Positions 57,061 through 64,000 of a stretch of DNA of 64,000 bases are shown one piece after another. The notes below the pieces were generated by a model. That model was given only the letters and a program-made list of their open reading frames with translations. It did not search any database and was not told the origin of the DNA. Positions within the stretch are counted from its first letter, which is position 1; each line of letters opens with the position of its first letter. A program made the translations under genes and the position numbers. The stretch is from assembly GCA_030431695.1 (NCBI GenBank), contig JAUIIU010000003.1, forward strand, positions 13,990 through 77,989, read 5' to 3'. Source of the DNA: Bacteroidia bacterium (lineage in GTDB: Bacteria; Bacteroidota; Bacteroidia; Flavobacteriales; Flavobacteriaceae).

Positions 57061-58259
57061 ACCTCAACCTCCTTTCCTGTTAACTCACCTGCCAAAGCTT
57101 TTTGTAGGATGGATTTTTTGAGTTCTCGTATATTTTCAATCCTTTTTTTATTAAAATCTATAGAATTATGAGTCAACTCATGCATCTTATGATGCAGTTC
57201 TACGAACTTAGTTTGCTCTTGTATAGTTGGACATGGAACCTTTATTGACTTAAGTATTTTAACTCCTGGCACATTTGGTTGCGCTGCTCCACCAGCCGCC
57301 CTAAAAATCAAATCTTGAAATATTTTACTCCTAATCCAAATAATAAGAAAATCATTCAACATTTGATTTGGTTTAGTTGACAGCTTAAGTAATGCTTGAT
57401 TAATTATTCCAGCTGGTGCATTCGGTGGCACCTCTGAAATGCGTCCAAGAGTAACCCCAGAACAACTCATCAGCAAATCCCCAGACTTAACTTTAAACCT
57501 CTGCATTTCTTGAAATTTTTCCTCATCTATAAAATATCTCAAGGCATCATAATCATTATGAATAGCTTGCTTCTGTTCATATACCGCATATCCCGATTCA
57601 ACAAACATTGATTTTTTTAAGCTTCCACCAAATGGTCCACGTGTGAAGTCGCATATCTCACCCCAATTGACTTCATGCCAGTTGGCACTTTGAATAGTTT
57701 TGAAGGTCCAATTCTCATACAACTCCATTGCGTTTTCAATATTACGCTCAATATTGGCTTTCGCTTTGTCAATAGCTTCAAAGGCTTGGTCCAAAACGCC
57801 TACAATTTGCTCTTGTTCAGCAACTGGGGGAATTGGAATTTCGAAGTCAAATATATCCGCCTTGCTGAATCCATTTTGCGCAGACCTATCCGAAACATTC
57901 GCCAACGGTTTTTGAAAAAGAGGTGATGTCAAGTAGTATAGGTAATACCTTCTAACCAGTAATTCCTCATTAGGTGTGACTTTCATCAAAGCAACATTAT
58001 ATGCGCCCGATTTGCCCGTACATATTTTCCCGACTGACGCACCATACCTTCCTAACAAAATGTCATTGTGTTGACAGACCCTGTTTTTTTCAGATATAGG
58101 AATGTAAGCTGCCTTATTATCACTTTTAAAATCCCGAATTTGTAACAATCGAACATAACCTTCTTGCGGCTCAGACTTGAAGGTAGATTTCGGTGGTTGA
58201 CTTCCGCCTTGCATGTCAGTCACCTCCCCCAATTTACTATTTATCCAACCTTCTCTCAT
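57057..58259 (-). CDS. hsdS: type I R-M specificity subunit
   Basis: It has two target-recognition halves separated by conserved coiled-coil spacers (PPVAEQEQIV, TIQEQTKFV), at 400 aa. Confidence 0.9.
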   Translation of the reverse strand: MREGWINSKLGEVTDMQGGSQPPKSTFKSEPQEGYVRLLQIRDFKSDNKAAYIPISEKNRVCQHNDILLGRYGASVGKICTGKSGAYNVALMKVTPNEELLVRRYYLYYLTSPLFQKPLANVSDRSAQNGFSKADIFDFEIPIPPVAEQEQIVGVLDQAFEAIDKAKANIERNIENAMELYENWTFKTIQSANWHEVNWGEICDFTRGPFGGSLKKSMFVESGYAVYEQKQAIHNDYDALRYFIDEEKFQEMQRFKVKSGDLLMSCSGVTLGRISEVPPNAPAGIINQALLKLSTKPNQMLNDFLIIWIRSKIFQDLIFRAAGGAAQPNVPGVKILKSIKVPCPTIQEQTKFVELHHKMHELTHNSIDFNKKRIENIRELKKSILQKALAGELTGKEVEV

Positions 58260-59710
58260 ATCAATTCTTTAATTGATTCGAGAATTGAGTTGGTCTCTGA
58301 GTTTAATCTCTCCATTTCAGACAATATCTCTTCAGGGACTCTTAACGGTGCTTCCTCTGGCATGTTCGGATTCTTAACGCTAAGGTCAATGGTCTTAACA
58401 TCCACATTTGACACTTTCAAGTTCCAAGAACGTTCGGTTTCGGGTTTGTCTTTATAGCTATCCAAAAACTCTTTAAGGTCCTCATCGTTTAATGGACTGG
58501 TTTTACCTAAGCTGCGTTCTGGATTCAATTGATAATACCAGATATTCTTAGTAGGCTCCCCTTTCTGGAAAAATAGCACTATTGTCTTTACCCCGGTGCT
58601 GGTAAATGCTCCCTGAGGTAGCTCAAGAACTGTAAACAGGTCACAGCTTTCAATTAAGTATTCTCTCAAGGCAATAGCAGCATTGTCTGTATTGCTTAGG
58701 AAAGTGTTCTTGATTACGATAGCAGCACGTCCACCCGCTTTGAGGTTCTTAATGAAGTGCTGCAAGAATAGGAAAGCGGTTTCACCTGTCTTGATATCAA
58801 AATTCTGCTGTACTTCTTTACGTTCCTTACCACCAAAGGGTGGATTGGCAAGAATTACATGGTAACGGTTTTTCTCTTGGACATCCCTAATGTTTTCAGC
58901 TAGCGTATTGGTGTGGATGATATTTGGAGCCTCGATACCGTGCAATATCATATTCATGATACCAATCACATACGCTAAGTTCTTTTTTTCCTTACCAAAG
59001 AGAGTATTCTCCTGCAAGGTGATGAGGTTGTCGGTGGTCTTTTCCATACGCTCGTACATGTAATCATACGCCTCGCAGAGAAAGCCACAAGAACCCGCTG
59101 CACCGTCATAAACCTTCTCACCTATCTTTGGGTCGATTACGTCTATCATCGCTCTAATAAGCGGTCTTGGCGTATAATACTGCCCTCCATTGCGCCCAGC
59201 ATTACCCATATTCTTAATCTTGGACTCATACAGGTCAGAAAGCTCGTGCTTATCCTTGGATGAACGGAATGGTAAAGCGTCTGCATACTCCAGTATGTCT
59301 CTTAGGATATACCCGCTTTGAATCTTGTTCTTAAGCTCAGAGAAGATTTCACCAATCTTGTATTCGATGGTTTGCGGGTTTTCTGCCGTTTGCTTGAATC
59401 CTGACAGGTATGGAAAAAGCTTCTGGTCTACGAATTCGATGAGGTCTGGACCTGTCATCGCTTTGTGGTGGTCAAGTTGGTTGTCTGTACCCTTGGGCAT
59501 CGCCCACACTTCCCATCGGTATTCGGGGGCGATGATATGATGGTATTCCAGACCCTTGAGTTCGGCTTCATCTCGTTTATCTTGCTCAAGGTCGTCCAGA
59601 TATTTTAGGAACAACACCCACGAGGTCTGACCTATATAGTCTAACTCGCTATCGGCACCAGCATCTTTGTATAAGAGGTCATCTATGTTTTTAAATGTGT
59701 TTTCGAACAT
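58256..59710 (-). CDS. hsdM: type I R-M N6-adenine DNA methyltransferase subunit
   Basis: It has an N-terminal HsdM domain, motif I (DGAAGSCGFL) and motif IV (NPPFGG). Confidence 0.92.
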   Translation of the reverse strand: MFENTFKNIDDLLYKDAGADSELDYIGQTSWVLFLKYLDDLEQDKRDEAELKGLEYHHIIAPEYRWEVWAMPKGTDNQLDHHKAMTGPDLIEFVDQKLFPYLSGFKQTAENPQTIEYKIGEIFSELKNKIQSGYILRDILEYADALPFRSSKDKHELSDLYESKIKNMGNAGRNGGQYYTPRPLIRAMIDVIDPKIGEKVYDGAAGSCGFLCEAYDYMYERMEKTTDNLITLQENTLFGKEKKNLAYVIGIMNMILHGIEAPNIIHTNTLAENIRDVQEKNRYHVILANPPFGGKERKEVQQNFDIKTGETAFLFLQHFIKNLKAGGRAAIVIKNTFLSNTDNAAIALREYLIESCDLFTVLELPQGAFTSTGVKTIVLFFQKGEPTKNIWYYQLNPERSLGKTSPLNDEDLKEFLDSYKDKPETERSWNLKVSNVDVKTIDLSVKNPNMPEEAPLRVPEEILSEMERLNSETNSILESIKELI

Positions 59711-59739
59711 CTATTCAATATCGTATTGGTTCAATCCTG

Positions 59740-59756
59740 CAAATAACAAATTGAAG
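59740..59756. repeat. 17-nt direct repeat, copy 1 (CAAATAACAAATTGAAG)
   Basis: Identical to 59961-59977. It lies 30 nt upstream of the hsdM start. Confidence 0.7.
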
Positions 59757-59960
59757 CTATTAATCAAATTTTAAGTGAGCGGGGAGTAACGATATAAAGA
59801 TATAATAAAGCAGGAAAATTCCCCGGTTTTTGGTGTTTAGATAAAATTTTTTGAAAAAAGTTGGGAAAAAACTTGTATTTCGGTGCCCTTGTGTAGTATA
59901 ATTGCTCAAACAAGACTTAGGAGCCACTCTTTGGCAATCTTGAAATAACATACTTCAGCC

Positions 59961-59977
59961 CAAATAACAAATTGAAG
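59961..59977. repeat. 17-nt direct repeat, copy 2 (CAAATAACAAATTGAAG)
   Basis: Identical to 59740-59756. Confidence 0.7.
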
Positions 59978-60227
59978 ATTGGGGCAAAATTTTATGACTA
60001 ATTAGCACCCCGCTAAAAGTCAATTCTTATTTAAACACAGTTTAAATTTTTCAGCCTGGAAAGCGGTCACGTTTTCGAGTGATTTGCACCTGGCATTTTG
60101 GTGTTCAGTTGAGCACCCTACAACTCAATGTATACTACAAATACTTGAGTTCCTGTCGACAGACGGGAAACAATAACACACCTCATCACTCCCAGAAAAA
60201 ATCGGAGGAACAGAGTGATAAGCGAAA

Positions 60228-60359
60228 ATGCTAAGTATTACAAAATGTAAAATGATTTTAAATCGAAATGGAATAAAATACACTAACGAAGAGGTGGAGC
60301 AAATTAGGCTCTTCCTTTATAACATCGCTGAAATTCAGCAAAAACAAAATATTATATAA
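60228..60359 (+). CDS. possible small ORF (43 aa) directly upstream of the integrase
   Basis: It encodes MLSITKCKMILNRNGIKYTNEEVEQIRLFLYNIAEIQQKQNII, and its stop lies 2 nt before the integrase ATG. It is unverified. Confidence 0.25.
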   Translation: MLSITKCKMILNRNGIKYTNEEVEQIRLFLYNIAEIQQKQNII

Positions 60360-60361
60360 TC

Positions 60362-61903
60362 ATGAAAACTATTTTATACACCAGGGTTAGCACTGATGAA
60401 CAAGCTAACAAAGGACATGGTAGGGACTACCAAAAAGAAGTCCTAAGAAGGTACTGCCAAGTAAATAACTATGAAGTGATTGCAGAATTCGAAGAAGACC
60501 ACTCAGCAAAAAATTTTAATCGTCCTGAATGGAAAAAACTTGAGCTATTTGTAAAAGCCAACAAAAAATCGATAGACAAGGTCATATTTACGAAATGGGA
60601 CAGGTTTTCAAGAGACATATACAATGCTCTTGACAAAATAAAATCCTTTCAAAAATGGGGAATTGAATTAAATGCAGCTGAACAGACTTTGGACCTGTCC
60701 AATCCAGACAATAAACTCATGTTATCGGTTTATCTAACGGTGCCGGAGGTAGAGAATGATAAAATCTCCCAGAGAACAAGAAGCGGGATGTATAAAGCTG
60801 CGAAGGATGGAGCTTGGATTGGTCGAGTTCCATATGGATATGAACGTCATCATTTTGGCAAGTTTGCATCATTGAAACCCAACGAAGAATCTAAATTAGT
60901 GCAGGATGCTTTCTATGAAGTATCTCTGGGCTTACTACCATGTGAAGAGATAAGACGGAAATTCGAGCAAAGGGGTTATAGCGGGGTTAAACAGTCTTTT
61001 TTAAACCTCTTGCGAAATAAGGTATACCTTGGTATGACTAAGGTTCCCAAATATGATAACGATGAGGCGTTTTGGATTGATGGTTTGCATAATGCAATCA
61101 TTGATGTGCCTACCTTCAATAAGGTCCAAGCTATACTCGAAGGAAAAAATAGGGCTGCTAAACCTCCATCTATAATCAACGAAGCAATGCCCTTAAGAGG
61201 TTTTCTTGAGTGTGAATACTGTAAGGGTAATTTAACGGGCAGTATTTCAAAAGGTAATGGGGGGCAGTATGGGTATTATCACTGCCGAAGAAATTGTAAG
61301 AATCGCATTCCCACAACTTTGGTCCATGAGATGTTCGATGAATCGATTCTAAGCGATTTCATCGTAAATGATAATGTATTAGAACTATACAAAGAAGTTC
61401 TATTGGATATTCAAAAAACCAAACTAGGGAGTAAGTCCAAAACTGAGAACAACTCAAAGAAAATGATTGACGAACTTTCCAAAAAAATTGAGAGTGCTGA
61501 AGACAAATACATCAATGGGGAACTAAGCCAGGATGTGTTTAAAAGAATCATAAGTAGATATGAAAAAGAAAGAATGTCCTTGAAGGCTGATTACACAGAA
61601 ATTAAGGAATCCAAAGGTCTTTCAGTCAAAGCCATAGAAAAGGCTGTGGACGGGCTTAAGAACATCCCTAAACTCTATAAAAACGGTTCGTATGACACAA
61701 AGGTTCAACTACTTGGTTTGATAATCCCCAAAAAACTGATTATTTCAAAAAATGGATGTCGAACCAAGGAAAAGAATGTGGTTGTGGAGCTTCTCACTAG
61801 GGTTAATAAGGTCTCCCAGAGGGCGGGCACAAAAAAAGCCATCATTTCTGACGGCTTGTCTAATATGGCTCCTCCAGCTGGACTCGAACCAGCGACACCC
61901 TGA
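60362..61903 (+). CDS. large serine recombinase (island integrase candidate)
   Basis: It has an N-terminal resolvase domain (YTRVSTDEQ), a recombinase domain, a zinc ribbon (CEYCKGNLTG...YYHCRRNC) and a coiled-coil region. The last 12 codons are tRNA-Asn sequence. Confidence 0.88.
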   Translation: MKTILYTRVSTDEQANKGHGRDYQKEVLRRYCQVNNYEVIAEFEEDHSAKNFNRPEWKKLELFVKANKKSIDKVIFTKWDRFSRDIYNALDKIKSFQKWGIELNAAEQTLDLSNPDNKLMLSVYLTVPEVENDKISQRTRSGMYKAAKDGAWIGRVPYGYERHHFGKFASLKPNEESKLVQDAFYEVSLGLLPCEEIRRKFEQRGYSGVKQSFLNLLRNKVYLGMTKVPKYDNDEAFWIDGLHNAIIDVPTFNKVQAILEGKNRAAKPPSIINEAMPLRGFLECEYCKGNLTGSISKGNGGQYGYYHCRRNCKNRIPTTLVHEMFDESILSDFIVNDNVLELYKEVLLDIQKTKLGSKSKTENNSKKMIDELSKKIESAEDKYINGELSQDVFKRIISRYEKERMSLKADYTEIKESKGLSVKAIEKAVDGLKNIPKLYKNGSYDTKVQLLGLIIPKKLIISKNGCRTKEKNVVVELLTRVNKVSQRAGTKKAIISDGLSNMAPPAGLEPATP

Positions 61904-61942
61904 TTAACAGTCAGGTGCTCTAACCAACTGAGCTATGGAGGA
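61866..61942 (-). tRNA. tRNA-Asn (anticodon GTT), CCA encoded
   Basis: The hand-folded cloverleaf is TCCTCCA/TGGAGGA acceptor, GCTC/GAGC D-stem, CCTGA-CTGTTAA-TCAGG anticodon arm and GCTGG-TTCGAGT-CCAGC T-arm. Confidence 0.92.
61868..61884. repeat. island boundary repeat (attR-like) inside tRNA-Asn
   Basis: GCTCCTCCAGCTGGACT is identical to 45822-45838. It covers tRNA positions from the T-loop to the first C of the CCA. Confidence 0.8.
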
Positions 61943-62021
61943 TTATTTCCATCTATATTCCTTATCTGAACTCTCGTTCAACCAACCATTTTGCCGGAAA
62001 CTTATGAGCTCAGTTCTGAGC

Positions 62022-62041
62022 CCTGCCTGCCGGCAGGCAGG
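62022..62041. terminator. perfect 20-bp palindrome, probable terminator hairpin downstream of rseP
   Basis: CCTGCCTGCCGGCAGGCAGG lies between the rseP stop and the tRNA-Asn 5' end. There is no clear T-run. Confidence 0.35.
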
Positions 62042-62120
62042 TATGGAGGAATGGTTATCGCTTAAAGCGGACGCAAATATAAATTTTTTTTAAGTGTCGC
62101 AAAAAAGAAAAAGTATTTTT

Positions 62121-63440
62121 TTACTGGAACAGCCAGCGATATATATCATTCCCGTTTGCGAACAGAACAAGTGCGATCAATAAGAAGAATCCGATCATCT
62201 GCGCATACTCAAGAAATTTATCCCCCGGCTTACGCCCTGTCACCATCTCATATAGTAAAAATGCCACATGACCCCCGTCCAGCGCAGGGATCGGCAGTAC
62301 GTTCATAAAGGCAAGTATGATAGAGATCAGGGCGGTAGTATGCCAGAAAGCTACCCAACTCCAGGTGGAGGGAAATAAATTCCCAATGGCACCGAAACCA
62401 CCAACCTGTGTGGCTCCCTTCGCCGTAAACACATATTTGAATTGCTTCACATAATCCCTCAGGATGCTGTATCCATACCCGATACCCCTTGAAAAACTCT
62501 CTCCGAACCCATACGTTAAATGGGTGCGCCCTACCTGTGTACGATCATAATCAACCCCGATCTGCCCCTTTTCATTCGGCTTCACATCAATTGAGATCGC
62601 CTCCCCGTTTCGCGAAACCACGATGGTACTTACCGAATCCTTTTTCTTCTTTACTTCGGAACTTAATTCATGGTAGTATTCAATAGGTTTCCCATTCACA
62701 CTAAGAACCCTGTCGCCATTTTGGAAACCGGCAGCAATTGCAGGGTAATCCGCGATCACGGTATCAAGTACCGGCTGCAGCAATGGCACGAATGGCTCTA
62801 TGACATCCGAATCGAACATGATCGATCCTATGTCCTCCGGCAAACTTACAGATTCCACGGTTCCGTCCGCATGCCGCACTTCCACAGCACGAACATCCCT
62901 CAATAATAATTCCTTGTTTATATCCGAAACGTCCTTGAATTCCTCTCCGTTCACACTGAGGATCTGGTCCCCATCCCTGAACCCGTATTGCTCGAACGAT
63001 TCCTCTACGGCAAATCCATTTGGCATGTCCTTGTTCGTAGTGATGTATTCACCGTGGAAGTACATGATCCCGATATAGATCAGCATTCCTACGATGATAT
63101 TCACCGTAACCCCTCCCAGCATTATGATCAATCGCTGCCAGGCCGGTTTGGTTCGAAATTCCCAGGGTTGAGGTGGTTGTGCCATCTGCTCCTTGTCCAT
63201 ACTCTCATCGATCATCCCCGATATCTTCACATAACCTCCCAACGGTAGCCATCCGATCCCGTAAACGGTCTCTCCGATCTTCTTCTTGAACAGAGCGAAT
63301 TTCACATCGAAGAACAAAAAGAACTTCTCCACCCGGGTCTTGAATATCTTCGCAGGTATAAAATGCCCCAGTTCGTGTAGTACGATCAACAGGGATAAAC
63401 TAAGAATAAGCTGAATGGCCTTAACGGCAAATGGACTCAT
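62121..63440 (-). CDS. rseP: RIP metalloprotease RseP (site-2 protease)
   Basis: It has an HELGHF zinc motif in the first TM helix, PDZ-like central repeats and a C-terminal LPIPALDGG motif. Confidence 0.9.
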   Translation of the reverse strand: MSPFAVKAIQLILSLSLLIVLHELGHFIPAKIFKTRVEKFFLFFDVKFALFKKKIGETVYGIGWLPLGGYVKISGMIDESMDKEQMAQPPQPWEFRTKPAWQRLIIMLGGVTVNIIVGMLIYIGIMYFHGEYITTNKDMPNGFAVEESFEQYGFRDGDQILSVNGEEFKDVSDINKELLLRDVRAVEVRHADGTVESVSLPEDIGSIMFDSDVIEPFVPLLQPVLDTVIADYPAIAAGFQNGDRVLSVNGKPIEYYHELSSEVKKKKDSVSTIVVSRNGEAISIDVKPNEKGQIGVDYDRTQVGRTHLTYGFGESFSRGIGYGYSILRDYVKQFKYVFTAKGATQVGGFGAIGNLFPSTWSWVAFWHTTALISIILAFMNVLPIPALDGGHVAFLLYEMVTGRKPGDKFLEYAQMIGFFLLIALVLFANGNDIYRWLFQ

Positions 63441-63578
63441 ATAGCAACAAAATTGAGGACAAAAGTAACCTTTTAGGGCTTCTTATGAAAATAATTACAA
63501 AACGCGGTGTCAGTCTTACAAAATATTTAACTGTTACAGCATGGACATTCCTTATTCCAGTTGTAATTTTGCACCATC

Positions 63579-64000
63579 ATGCTGAAATTTTTCGCCAAAT
63601 ATAAGTTCTTCGGAATCGTCCTGTTGGTCTTATCCGCCATTATCATCACTGTAATGTACCAGGCCCTGGACCCGAAGAAAGTGCTGCCTGTTTACCAACC
63701 GGATGATGTTACCGCCGAACTGGTGGACAGCACCGTACAGCATGTACGGAAATACCACACTATAGCCAACTTCAGCCTTACCAACCAGAATGGTAAGACC
63801 GTAACCCAGCATAACTACGATGACAAGATCTATGTGGCAGATTTCTTCTTTACTACTTGTCAGACCATCTGCCCGATCATGACCGATCATATGGTCGAGA
63901 TCCAGGAAAAGCTGAAGAACGACAGCGAAGTTTTGTTACTATCACACAGTGTAACCCCTGAAATCGACAGTGTCGCCCAACTGAAGAAATACGCTGTCGA
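63579..64000 (+). CDS. SCO1/SenC-family thioredoxin-like protein (3' truncated by the window end)
   Basis: Manual translation from the ATG at 63579 gives a TM anchor followed by FFFTTCQTICP (the CxxxC motif). The frame is open to the window end, and the ORF is absent from the ORF track. Confidence 0.75.
   Translation, partial: MLKFFAKYKFFGIVLLVLSAIIITVMYQALDPKKVLPVYQPDDVTAELVDSTVQHVRKYHTIANFSLTNQNGKTVTQHNYDDKIYVADFFFTTCQTICPIMTDHMVEIQEKLKNDSEVLLLSHSVTPEIDSVAQLKKYAV

Larger units (their letters stand above)
45822..61884. mobile_element. ~16 kb genomic (defence) island integrated at the tRNA-Asn(GTT) 3' end
   Basis: It is bounded by 17-nt direct repeats, one inside an intact tRNA. It holds two serine recombinases, a defence-gene cargo, and visibly lower GC than the flanks (not computed). 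Confidence 0.8.

Noticed and set aside
59760-59951. 63-aa minus-strand ORF between the 17-nt repeats
   Set aside because: It is an AT-rich, low-complexity translation in a divergent promoter region with no recognisable family or start context.
62022-62041. 20-bp perfect palindrome next to tRNA-Asn as a possible second att site or recombination site
   Set aside because: There is no second copy in the window, and it lies outside the repeat-bounded island. It is better explained as a hairpin terminator between rseP and the tRNA.
63630-63890. 86-aa minus-strand ORF
   Set aside because: It is antisense to a clear SCO1/SenC-type frame (CxxxC) that runs to the window end on the plus strand.
1-64000. 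CRISPR arrays, rRNA genes, IS elements with terminal inverted repeats
   Set aside because: I saw no regularly spaced short repeats, no rRNA-like sequence and no transposase ORF on reading through. The only mobility genes are the two serine recombinases.

Overview
The window looks like a Bacteroidota (Flavobacteriia-like) chromosome segment. That call is inferred from gene families and TAnnTTTG-type promoter boxes and has not been verified. About 45 kb is ordinary core DNA: aromatic amino-acid catabolism (kynA, hppD, hmgA, a tryptophanase-family lyase), uvrC, ileS, rseP, several peptidases and two tRNAs. The main accessory feature is a ~16 kb, visibly AT-richer island at 45822-61884, inserted into the 3' end of tRNA-Asn(GTT). 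It is bounded by a 17-nt direct repeat, and the tRNA's apparent original terminator is stranded at the far end. The island carries four modules: (1) a tightly coupled type II CBASS-like operon (CD-NTase, Cap2 E2/E1, Cap3 JAB, NucC-like nuclease); (2) a HEPN-motif gene; (3) a small resolvase with res-like sites and an RHH gene; (4) a type I R-M operon. The R-M operon has an uncharacterised gene wedged between hsdS and hsdR, plus a trailing PD-(D/E)xK gene. The island's only integrase candidate is a large serine recombinase whose ORF reads across attR into the tRNA. In the core region, a six-gene operon contains three different Rieske-domain fusion proteins. It shares a ~80-nt promoter-proximal element with a second operon of uncharacterised families. 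All functional calls come from motif recognition by eye, and no database search was run.
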